In this document: in pieces, positions 1-9,000 of the stretch | Numbering within the stretch: position 1 is the first letter of the stretch | How the letters are laid out: each line of letters begins with the position of its first letter | DNA from: Candidatus Eiseniibacteriota bacterium | GTDB lineage: Bacteria > Eisenbacteria > RBG-16-71-46 > JABDJR01 > JAWXBZ01 | NCBI GenBank assembly: GCA_034440375.1 | Contig: JAWXBZ010000092.1 | Coordinates: 1-11,397, forward strand | Direction of reading: 5' to 3' | Length of the DNA: 11,397 nt | Position numbers and translations under genes: made by a program | Notes under the pieces: generated by a model | What the model was told of the DNA's origin: nothing | Database searches by the model: none | The model's input: the letters and a program-made list of their open reading frames with translations, nothing else

Positions 1-683
1 CGGTGGCCAGCCTCACCAAGTTGATGACGGCACTGATCATCATCGAATCGCCACTGGAGATGAACGATTCCATCACCGTGACCGTGGCCGATGTCACGGG
101 CGCGGGTCGAAGCCGTGTGCGCGCCGGCAATCGCGTCTCCATCGGCGATCTCTTTCACTGCTCCATGATTTCCTCCGACAACGCCGCGACGCGAACCCTG
201 GCCCGGGCCACCGGTCTCTCGTCAACCGCATTTGTCGCCCGCATGAACCAGCGTGCCACCGAACTCGGGATGGAACGAACACACTATGCCGAGACGACCG
301 GACTCGATGCCGGCAACGTCTCCACCGCTCGCGATCAGGCCCGCCTCCTCGACGCCGCTTACTCGGACCCGATGATCGGCTCGCTGCTCCGAACGGAATC
401 GCATTCATTCCGGTGCGGCAAGCGCACCGAAACCCTGAACAATACCAACCGCCTGCTCCGGAGCCGCACCGACGTTGTCGGTGGAAAAACCGGATTCACG
501 CGGCCAGCGGGATACTGCCTGGCCACGCACAGCGGTGACGCCGCCAATCCCAGCCTCACGACCGTCGTGCTGGGGGCGCCGTCAAATTCGAGCCGGTTCT
601 CGGAATCAGCCAAGTTGATCGACTGGGCCAAGAAAGGCCTGGGGCCGGTGGCTGGAGAAACCGCAAGCTCTCATCGCCGCTGA
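1..683 (+). CDS. D-alanyl-D-alanine carboxypeptidase/endopeptidase, peptidase S11 family (PBP7/PbpG-like), 5'-truncated by window edge
   Basis: All three penicillin-binding motifs are present in order: SxxK (ASLTKLMTA), SxN (ISSDNAA) and KTG (GGKTGFT). Family segments include 'AFVARMNQRATELGM', 'TGLDAGNVSTARD' and 'VVLGA..RF'. The catalytic Ser lies at the window edge, so the signal peptide and true start are upstream. No PBP5-type C-terminal domain follows, which favours a PbpG-like protein. Confidence 0.92.
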   Translation, partial: VASLTKLMTALIIIESPLEMNDSITVTVADVTGAGRSRVRAGNRVSIGDLFHCSMISSDNAATRTLARATGLSSTAFVARMNQRATELGMERTHYAETTGLDAGNVSTARDQARLLDAAYSDPMIGSLLRTESHSFRCGKRTETLNNTNRLLRSRTDVVGGKTGFTRPAGYCLATHSGDAANPSLTTVVLGAPSNSSRFSESAKLIDWAKKGLGPVAGETASSHRR

Positions 684-724
684 TCGTTCGCACGGCCGCT
701 GATACATCTTTCAAACCCCAATCC

Positions 725-730
725 GAGGTG
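725..730 (+). promoter_or_regulatory. Shine-Dalgarno for the FG-GAP gene
   Basis: GAGGTG lies 5 nt upstream of ATG 736. Confidence 0.75.
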
Positions 731-735
731 GATTC

Positions 736-2670
736 ATGCGTAGCGCGTTCCTCCCCCTGTCCGCCATCCTGGCCGCCCTCGCGTCTTACGCAACCCCGGC
801 CAGCCCCCAGGGAATCGTTTCGGGGAGCGTGGGTGGTGATGAATTCGGGGCCGGTGTACGCGGGGTGGGCGACCTGAACAACGACGGCTTCGAGGATTTT
901 GCCGTCGGCGCCCCGGGGCAGGACGCCCTCGGCAGCGAGGCCGGGCGGGTCTACCTCTTCTTCGGGCAGGCTAAGAACTTCAAGGATACGCCCGACATCA
1001 TTCTCGGCGCCGGCAACGGCGGCGATCACTTCGGTGCGGCCGTGGCCGGGATTGGCCGTTTTAACAACGATGCCTATGACGATCTGGCCGTTGGCGCTCC
1101 AGACAGCGATGCCGACGGTTCCGGGCGGGGGCGCGTCTACCTTTACTTCGGCGGGCCCTCCACCACCAGCCTGACAACCGGGCCCATCCTCAGCGGGCAG
1201 CAGGGTGGCGATCACTTCGGCTACGCCCTTGACGGCGGATTCGACTTCAATAACGACGGGCAGATGGACCTGGCCGTCGGCAGTCCGGATAACCCCGCCG
1301 TCGGGCTTCAGGGTGGCCAGGTTCGAATCTACTTCGGAGCCACGCCGGTGACGGCAGCCGGTGATGTTGTGCTCACGGGCGATCAGGCCCAGGACTGGTT
1401 TGGTGCGGCCGTGCGCCGTGGTGGCGATGTCAACAACGACGGCTTCGGCGACCTGATCGTGGGTGCCCCTCAACCGTTCGCAGCCAATGCCGGCAGAGCC
1501 TATGTCATCCTGGGCCGCGGGGACGGCGCGGCTCCATCCCGCCTGACGCTGAATGGGGAGTTCGGTGGTGACCGCTTCGGGGCGGCGGTGGCCGGCGGCG
1601 GCGACCTCGACAATGACGGCTTTGACGACGTGGCCGTCGGCGCGCCGAAACAGGACGCCAGCCAGACCCAGAACGGTGCCATCTATGTCTTCAGGGGCGG
1701 CAGCCCGATGAATACGCAGTTCGACGCCATTGTGGGCGGCCGTGAGTCCGGCGACGAAATGGGGACGAGCGTGTCGATCGGCGGCGATTGGAATCTGGAC
1801 GGGCGTTCCGACCTCCTGGGCGGCGCGCCCCTCTCGGACGATGGCGGCAATCAGGCGGGCGAGATCAATCTCTGGCTGGGCGCAAACCCCATCGATACCG
1901 GGAGTCGCGCCGTGTACCTCGGGCCGCGACTCCTGCCCGGTTTCGCGGCGGCCGACGAATTCGGGACGGCCGTTGATTTCACCGACTATAACGGCGATGG
2001 CCACGCCGATGTCCTGGGTGGGGCGCCGCGCGCCAACCAGATATCCGGCGACGAGACCGGCTTCGTCTCGCTTCAGTTCTTTCCGGGTACGCTCGTGCCG
2101 GTCCGGTTGCTCGGAGTGACGCTGATACCGGCCGGCGATCGGGTCGAGCTCTCGTGGGCGGTTGAGGATGATGGCTCGATTCTCGGCTTCCACGTCGAAC
2201 GGCGCTCCCCCGGCACGGCCTGGTCACGCCGCACGGCATCAATCCTCTTTGCATCGTCGGGAGTCTATCGATTCGTGGACATCGACCAAGACCTTGCCGT
2301 GAGCGGTATCCGGGAGTACCGGCTGGCGGCGATCAGCCGGAATGGCCTCGAAGATACCTTCGGCCCCTGGTCGGTCGTGGTCGGGTCGGGCGTTCGTCCG
2401 CTTCTCGGAAATGGCTTCCCGAACCCCTCCGTTGCCGGTATCACGGTTCCGGTAGTTCTGCCCGAGGGCGCCTTCGTCACGGTGACCATCGTTGACGCCG
2501 CCGGCCGACTGGTCCGCCGCCTTCACGATGGCCCGCTGCCCGTGGGGCGCACGAATCTCTGGTGGGACGGTACCGGCGACGACGGCGCGCGTCGGACGGC
2601 CGGCAGTTACTGGTATCACCTGGCTACCGACCGGACCGTCGAAAAACGCAAGGTCATCATCCTGCGCTGA
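736..2670 (+). CDS. Secreted FG-GAP (integrin-alpha-like) 7-bladed beta-propeller protein with Ig-like domain and C-terminal T9SS type A / FlgD-Ig-like domain
   Basis: N-terminal signal peptide (MRSAFLPLSAILAALASYATPA...). Seven repeats of the form FG..V...GDxNxDG..D..VGAP....G.VY.F.G. Then 'PVRLLGVTL...VELSW...GFHVER', and finally 'FPNP...VTIVDAAGRLVRRL...WDG...AGSYWYHL...KRKVIILR*'. Good RBS. Confidence 0.92.
   Translation: MRSAFLPLSAILAALASYATPASPQGIVSGSVGGDEFGAGVRGVGDLNNDGFEDFAVGAPGQDALGSEAGRVYLFFGQAKNFKDTPDIILGAGNGGDHFGAAVAGIGRFNNDAYDDLAVGAPDSDADGSGRGRVYLYFGGPSTTSLTTGPILSGQQGGDHFGYALDGGFDFNNDGQMDLAVGSPDNPAVGLQGGQVRIYFGATPVTAAGDVVLTGDQAQDWFGAAVRRGGDVNNDGFGDLIVGAPQPFAANAGRAYVILGRGDGAAPSRLTLNGEFGGDRFGAAVAGGGDLDNDGFDDVAVGAPKQDASQTQNGAIYVFRGGSPMNTQFDAIVGGRESGDEMGTSVSIGGDWNLDGRSDLLGGAPLSDDGGNQAGEINLWLGANPIDTGSRAVYLGPRLLPGFAAADEFGTAVDFTDYNGDGHADVLGGAPRANQISGDETGFVSLQFFPGTLVPVRLLGVTLIPAGDRVELSWAVEDDGSILGFHVERRSPGTAWSRRTASILFASSGVYRFVDIDQDLAVSGIREYRLAAISRNGLEDTFGPWSVVVGSGVRPLLGNGFPNPSVAGITVPVVLPEGAFVTVTIVDAAGRLVRRLHDGPLPVGRTNLWWDGTGDDGARRTAGSYWYHLATDRTVEKRKVIILR
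841..2085 (+). repeat. Seven tandem FG-GAP protein repeats (~55-65 aa each) with Ca2+-binding DxN/DxDG loops
   Basis: Loops in order: DLNNDG, RFNNDA (degenerate), DFNNDG, DVNNDG, DLDNDG, DWNLDG, DYNGDG. Each is followed by GAP or GSP. The repeats are diverged at DNA level. Confidence 0.9.
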
Positions 2671-2676
2671 CGCGCC

Positions 2677-5600
2677 TCATCCGCTGAGGTGCATGAGAAG
2701 GGCCTCCTCCCGCAGTGCGTCATCGACCCGGATCGTCAGGGTGACCCCTTCCTCGAGAAAGACCAGGTTGAGTTCGACCACCGGCAGTGGCACCGCCGCC
2801 TCGATCGCCAGGAGATAAGCCAGCAGCTGCGGCCGGTGATGCCGCGCGGCCCCCTCCCAGCCGGATGCCTCGCGGCGATCGGTCTTCCAGTCGACCAGCA
2901 CCAGGCGATTCTCCTCCTCGAACAGGAGATCACAAATGCCGTCGATTCGGACCGGGGATCCCCCCGGGGCGGAAGAATCGAATCCGGCGAGGAGCGGCAC
3001 CTCGCGAATCAGTCGGGCGGCGCGCCCCGCCCGGGCCCACACGGGAACAGACAACGCGACGTCGACCAGCCTCGCGACGCGCAGTGCGTCCTCCAAATCG
3101 AGAATTCCCTCGGCCTTGATCGCACAGGCCACCTGGCGTTCCCGATCGGCGCCATCGACCGCCACGCGTTCCAGTGCGACGTGCACAGCCCGACCGACGG
3201 GGCGGCCGTCGAGCCCGGCGCCGACGGCAATGGACGAATCGATCGCCACGGTCCGGCCGGATATGATTGAGGGATTGACGCGCCGTGTCGCCCGTGGCCA
3301 GGTGGCTTCCAGGGCCTGCCGCCGCAATGCCTGCCCGGCGCGCACTCGTGCCACAAGGGCGCCGTTCGACAGGGCTTCGAGATCCGTTGGCGCGGGTAAC
3401 CGCCAGCCCCGCCGGAAAAGCGGCTCCTCGGGCGGCGAACCTTCGAGTGCTGGCCCCACTGCGGGCAAGTCGTCCAGATCGGCAGCCGTCAGCAGTTCGC
3501 GCAATCCAGCCGACTTGCCGGTCAGGGCCACGATGGGAAGCACCAGGAGATCACGGGCCCGTGTCGTGGCCACGTAGAAGAGCCGGCGCAGCTCGGCCTC
3601 CGAGTGAAGCTTCTCATCGGTCTCGAGGCCCTTCCAGCCGGGCGTCGCACCCAAGTGACCCTTGAGGCCGCCGAGCCGGAATCCAAGCCGCGGCCTTCCA
3701 TCGGCGTCCCGGCTCATCAGCGATTTCGCCATCGAGTGGGACAACTTCCCGTCGAGGTCCACCAGCACCACGATTGGATATTCGAGTCCCTTGGATCCAT
3801 GCATCGACTGCATGGTCACCGAACCCTCGGCATCGTCTTCGACCCCGGGCGAGTCACGCTCCTTCTCGAGCGTCGCCTCGCGCTCGGACAGATAGCGAAT
3901 GAAGCGGCGGAAACCGCCGGCGTGGGATTCGAATGTCCTGGCCTCATCCACGATCTTCTGCAGATTGGCCACGCGCTGCTCGCCGAGCGGCATCAGGGCG
4001 AACAGTTCGACCGCCTTTGTGGTGCCCAGCACGGCCTCGACGATTCTTGTCGGCCCATCCGAATGCCGGCGGCCATGCCATGCGCGTATCTGTTGCACCG
4101 CCGCCAGCAGGCCCGCCGGTGCCGTACTCCGAACGGACCCCGGGTCAAAAAGGCCGGCCTCCGCGCCGATCAGCAGCTCATCGTCCGTAAATCCGAAAAG
4201 CGGCGATCGCAGCGACGCGACCATCGCCACCCGATCGCCGGGGTTGTCGATGGCCCGCAGCGTAGCCAGAAGTGCCTGCACCTCCACACGCTTGAAGTAA
4301 TAGCGCCCCCCTTCCACCCGGAATGGAATGTCGGCGGCGCGAAAGGCCGCTTCGTAGGCCTCGAGCGGCGAAAACGTCCGAAAGAGGATGGCCACGTCAT
4401 CCCATCGAGCCGGCCGGGAGTCCCCCCCCGCTTCCCGGTCAACGACGCGCCAACCCCCTTCCGTCAGGCCGCGCATCAGAAGTGCCGCTACCGCCTGCGC
4501 CTCGAGCCGTCGCCGCGCGTCGGCGCCCCTGTTCTTCGGCTTGCCGCCGGGCAGGGTCGGGCCGATGCCGTCGACATCGAGACGGAGGACCCCCCCCGCC
4601 ATTCCGGCCGGCTCGTCACGAAAAGGGGTCAGGGGAGAGTAGGCGGGCTGATGGGTACCGGCCGCATCGGGCGGCATAAGGCGCTCGAACAGCCGGTTCA
4701 CCCAGGTCGTAATCGACGGGCGCGTCCGGAAATTTTCGGTAATGACATGACGCGCACCTCCGGCAAGCGAAAGCTTGCTCACTGTTCGGGAGTACATCTG
4801 AATATCAGCGCGCCGGAATCGATAGATCGACTGCTTGGGATCACCGACCACGAAGAGGCGACCCAAACCCGGAACGGGAGAACCGCCCACGCCTTCAACG
4901 TCCGCATCCTCGGCGAGCCGGGTGATGATTTCGACCTGAACCGGATCGGTGTCCTGAAATTCATCCACGAGAATCAGGGGCCAGGTGGCGGCCAGATCGC
5001 GCTGCACGTCGGAATCGGTACGCAGCAGATCGCGTGTCCGAAGCAGGAGGTCCTCGAAATCGAGTTGACTCCTCTCCGCCTTCTTCTTCTCGTAGGCCCT
5101 GAGCGCTCCATCGAGGTGACGCACCGACAGCACGGTCATTGCGGCTCGATACGCCTCGGCCCACGCGGCATGCGTCGCCAGAAGATCGGCGACCAGGCCA
5201 CGGAGTTCGGCCAGACTCTCCCCGACCCAATCACCCTTGTTCCCACTTCTCCCCAGTTTTGGCAGATCCGGATCGCCAAGGAGGCGATGACGTGGAATCG
5301 TTGATCCCGGTGCTGCCTGGCCGGCCAGGCGCTCCACCCGATTTCGTGCCGCGCTCATGGCATGCCAGGCCCGGTCCCCCGCCGGCTTGCGACAATCATC
5401 GAGGAGGCGATCGAGGTCCGCGTGAAGGCTCGCTGCCGCGGTCGAGAATGCTCCCCAGGCGGCCTCGGGATCAAGGGATGGGGCCGGCAGGAGGGCGTCC
5501 AGATCCGTCAACAGATCACGGTGGCCCAGCATCTCGCCAGCCAGTTCCGCCAGGTGAACGGGGCGCACGCCTGCCTCGAGGGCCGGCCGGAGGGGAGATT

Positions 5601-6084
5601 CCAGATCGGCCAGTTCCTTCGTGATCCACTCGTCGAACGCCTCGTCGAAGAGAATCCGGGCCTGCACCTCGTCGGCCACGCTGAAACCCGGTGTCACGCC
5701 GGCTTCAATCGGCCTTTCCTTCAGTATCTGGGTGCAGAAGGCGTGAATGGTCGACACGGTGGCCCGATCGAGCCGCCCGCGGGCGGTCTCGAGCCGGGCG
5801 AGACGCGCGGGATCGAGCGGCTCGCCGTCGGGACCGAGGCCTGTATCAATCCGCTCACCGATCACGTCCCGAATCCGGACCCGCAATTCGCCGGCGGCTT
5901 TTTCGGTAAAGGTGATCGCCGCGATCTGGTCAATTTCGGCCGTACCCGTTTCGACAATTTCCAGGATTCGCTCGACCATCAGGCGCGTCTTGCCGGTCCC
6001 GGCACTGGCCTCGACGAAGCACGAACGATTGAGGTCGGTCACGATCGTTTGTCGCACGGCGTGATCGGATGGCCGCCGGCTCAT
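2677..6084 (-). CDS. addA: ATP-dependent helicase/nuclease subunit A (AddA; UvrD/SF1A helicase plus C-terminal PD-(D/E)xK nuclease)
   Basis: SF1 motifs: ASAGTGKT, ITFTEKAA, STIHAFC, VDEFQD, VGDPKQSIYRFRRAD, ENFRT, SMHGSKGLEYP and RRLFYVATTRARD. RecB-family nuclease motifs: GRAVHVALE, GICDLL, VDWKT and QLLAY. The ATG overlaps the stop of the addB-like gene (ATGA). Confidence 0.93.
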   Translation of the reverse strand: MSRRPSDHAVRQTIVTDLNRSCFVEASAGTGKTRLMVERILEIVETGTAEIDQIAAITFTEKAAGELRVRIRDVIGERIDTGLGPDGEPLDPARLARLETARGRLDRATVSTIHAFCTQILKERPIEAGVTPGFSVADEVQARILFDEAFDEWITKELADLESPLRPALEAGVRPVHLAELAGEMLGHRDLLTDLDALLPAPSLDPEAAWGAFSTAAASLHADLDRLLDDCRKPAGDRAWHAMSAARNRVERLAGQAAPGSTIPRHRLLGDPDLPKLGRSGNKGDWVGESLAELRGLVADLLATHAAWAEAYRAAMTVLSVRHLDGALRAYEKKKAERSQLDFEDLLLRTRDLLRTDSDVQRDLAATWPLILVDEFQDTDPVQVEIITRLAEDADVEGVGGSPVPGLGRLFVVGDPKQSIYRFRRADIQMYSRTVSKLSLAGGARHVITENFRTRPSITTWVNRLFERLMPPDAAGTHQPAYSPLTPFRDEPAGMAGGVLRLDVDGIGPTLPGGKPKNRGADARRRLEAQAVAALLMRGLTEGGWRVVDREAGGDSRPARWDDVAILFRTFSPLEAYEAAFRAADIPFRVEGGRYYFKRVEVQALLATLRAIDNPGDRVAMVASLRSPLFGFTDDELLIGAEAGLFDPGSVRSTAPAGLLAAVQQIRAWHGRRHSDGPTRIVEAVLGTTKAVELFALMPLGEQRVANLQKIVDEARTFESHAGGFRRFIRYLSEREATLEKERDSPGVEDDAEGSVTMQSMHGSKGLEYPIVVLVDLDGKLSHSMAKSLMSRDADGRPRLGFRLGGLKGHLGATPGWKGLETDEKLHSEAELRRLFYVATTRARDLLVLPIVALTGKSAGLRELLTAADLDDLPAVGPALEGSPPEEPLFRRGWRLPAPTDLEALSNGALVARVRAGQALRRQALEATWPRATRRVNPSIISGRTVAIDSSIAVGAGLDGRPVGRAVHVALERVAVDGADRERQVACAIKAEGILDLEDALRVARLVDVALSVPVWARAGRAARLIREVPLLAGFDSSAPGGSPVRIDGICDLLFEEENRLVLVDWKTDRREASGWEGAARHHRPQLLAYLLAIEAAVPLPVVELNLVFLEEGVTLTIRVDDALREEALLMHLSG

Positions 6085-9000
6085 TCCGCCACCTCAACGC
6101 CCGAAGCCTCGTCGAGGCCGGCCAATCCGGCAAACCGCGGGTCGTCCCGCTTGCGTTCGAACAGATCCTCGCGATTGACACCGCAGACGGACGGGTAGGG
6201 GCAGGCGCAGCGACCGACCCCCTCGCGCTCCGGCCAGGCCGGCAGGAAACCCGAACGGATGGTATCGGCCAGGATCCGAATGATGGCGGCGAACCACGCC
6301 GCCTCGCCCCGCGCCGTTTCGTCGCTCAGGACCTCGAGCGCCGTGCCACCGGCGAGGAAGAGATATTCGGCGTCGATCCGGGTCGGGGCTCCGGCGCGCG
6401 CGGCCAGTCCCAATCGATAGGTCGCCAGTTGCAGGCGCCTCCCGCCGTCGAGCGGATGTTTCGGCGTCCCGGTCACCCGGCCCGATTTATAGTCGACGAT
6501 CCGCGCGACGCGACCGTCGGCACTCACGTCGACCCGATCGATGTAGCCGCCGAGGCGTTCGACCCGCCCGCCGCCCAGCTCGACGCGCGCCGGCTTGGGA
6601 TCGGAACCGGCATCCTCGCTACGACCACGCCGGGGTGGCCGTCCGAATCGAAGTTCAAACGAGTGCGGCACCAGCGCGTCCATCCGGGTGAGTTCAAAAT
6701 CGAGCCACTCCGCGAGGTCGAGGCGAATCCGCTCCGACTCGATGCTCCAGAGGAGCGGATGCCCGGTGAGGCCCGATTCACCAAATTCAGCGAGTCGCCG
6801 ATCGACGATCACCGAGAGCCCCCGTGCGAGCATCTCCTTCGCGGCCAGCTGACCTCGGCCCGTCGCCCCGCGCGCCACCGTCAATTCCTCGCCAAACCGG
6901 GTGAGAAACTCCTGCAGGATGGCGTGCAGCAGGAGGCCCCTGTCCAGGTGAGTCAGTTGCTCGGCATCCTCCGGATTGGGCTCCTCTTTGAGGCCGAGTC
7001 CCCTCTCAAGCAGGAAACGCATCGGACACGTCGCGCAGGTCTCCAACTCCGTGGCCGACCAGACGTGGTCCGCCCCCCAGCGGCGGGCCAGAATCTCGAG
7101 GGCCATCGGGTCGGCGAGGGCGCCGTCCCGCGACGTGAAGACGGGGCGCCAGCGATCTCCGGCCGCTTCCAGGCATCGATCGAATGCCGGATCGGCCCGC
7201 AGGAATGCCACCCGTTCGGGCCGTCCGGCGCCCAGCGCCGCCATGACCAGCATCTGGTCGAATTCACGATCGTCGAGGGCATCCTCCAGCAGATGCCCCG
7301 AGGCCCCTGCCGGCGGCAGGAGGGTGTCCGGGTGCCTGCGGCCGGCCTCGCGCGCTTGTGTCAAATGGTCCAGCGGAATTCGGATTCCGGTCCCATCCAG
7401 TTCCCTGAATCCGACCGGATGCCCCAGCTCACGGGCCGCCGCCTCCAACAGGAACGACGAGGCGATCGACGGACGTCCCTTGGCCGGATCGAGACGACTC
7501 CACGACAGGGTTCGATCCTGCGCCGACTCCCACATCAACTCGAAGAACAGTTTTTCCTCGTCGACACCGCTCCTTTTCAACGGCAACCAGGCGACGCATC
7601 CCGAAAGGCGACGGCGTTCGGCGTCGAGCAGGATCGGATCTTGAACAACCGGTCCCGGAAAGCTTCGCTCCGTCACGCCGGAAAGGAAGAGATGATCGAA
7701 ATCGAGGCCGCGCAGCGACACGAGATCGCCGGTCACGATTCCTTCGCGATCGTGGGCGACAACACGCGCGGCCGCCTGAAGTCGGCGATCGAGCAGCCAT
7801 TCGAACGCCGCCGCGTCGGCCGGTTCGCCGGCTCGATCGAGGGTGTCGAGGGCCAGGACCTCGGTACGGACCGCGCCGGCCGAGGGATCAGCGGCGAACC
7901 ACTGATCGACGACTCCGACCAACCGATCGGCCATGGCCTTGAAAGTCTTGCTCCCCGCAAATTCCCGGAGCAAGCCAAAGAGTCGGTCGAGATGCGGAGC
8001 CAGGGTCGCCACGGTCGCCGCCGCATCGGCATCACGGCGAAGCGCCCGTTCGAGCCCCCGTCGCCAGGAAGCCTCACCGCGGGTGACGCCCGAAGTCTTG
8101 CTCAGCGTGTCAAAGGCGGCCACGGACATCGGCTCCGTCTCGGCCAGCGCCAGGTCGAGGAAATCGATCACGTCCGAGCGCAGGGTGCCGCGACCGGCCA
8201 TCTCGAGGAACAGCCGGAGGCCCCGTCCGACCCGGCCCTGCCGCAACGGCTCGCCCTCGTTCGAAGCCAGCGCCAGTCCGGCCCGACCAAAAACCTCTCG
8301 AACGTGTCCGCGGAACCGCTCCTTGTGGCGATATATCACGCCGATCCGCCCGGGACGAACTCCCGCTTCGATCAGCCGGCGGACCCGACGGGCCACCTCC
8401 GTTACCTCCCGACGCTCACCCGCCGCGTTGAACCAACGAGTACAACCCGGCTCGTCCAGCGCAGCGGGCCGCTCCTCGATCGGAGCCAGAGCCGCGAACC
8501 ACTCCCGGGTCGGGCGGGCATATTCGGCCCCCATCCCCCCGACAAGTGGCAGATAGATTCGCATTTGTCGGTCCCGGGACAGGGCCTCGATCAGCCGACG
8601 CTGGTTTCCCGTCAGGTCGTAAAAGCCGTAGGTCCAGACGGGCTGCCCAATCCGGAAGCTCCCGGCGGCATCCGCTGCCAACGCCAGTCGCTGCCCCACC
8701 GTCGCCAGGCCCAGTGCCTCGAGTTGCTGACGCCACCCAAGATAGAGCCGGAGCGTCTCAGCTAATTTTGGATTCGCCGTCCTGGCCAGTTCCTGGAGTG
8801 CCGCAAGGTTGGGCCCGGACTCATCCAGGTCCCGAAAGGTAGCCAGGAGCGACTCGTGAAACCCGCCCCGACGGGCCACCGCACGAAAGCGGGAGTCGGC
8901 CGAGTCGGCCAGCCGCACGGCCAGATGTCGAACCAGGAAGGCGGCAACATCCTCGGCCGGAGCCGGCACGGTGTCGGACTCGGACAGGATGGCATCGGCA

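Noticed and set aside
1516..1524. RGD tripeptide in the integrin-like protein
   Set aside because: Single occurrence in a Gly/Asp-rich protein, which is expected by chance.
841..2085. FG-GAP repeats as a DGR template/variable repeat pair linked to the nearby retroelement
   Set aside because: The repeats differ at all base types and are only protein-level similar. I saw no near-identical pair with adenine-specific mismatches.
6081..7100. Cas4-like Fe-S nuclease suggesting a CRISPR or defence system
   Set aside because: It is the C-terminal domain of a full-length AddB coupled to addA. No cas genes or arrays are in the window.
6069..8765. 898-aa + strand ORF (likewise 3604-5304 +, 5362-6198 +, 556-2193 -, 10407-11138 -)
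   Set aside because: These are antisense shadows of well-supported genes. Stop-poor reverse frames are expected in high-GC coding DNA, and they show no recognisable motifs.
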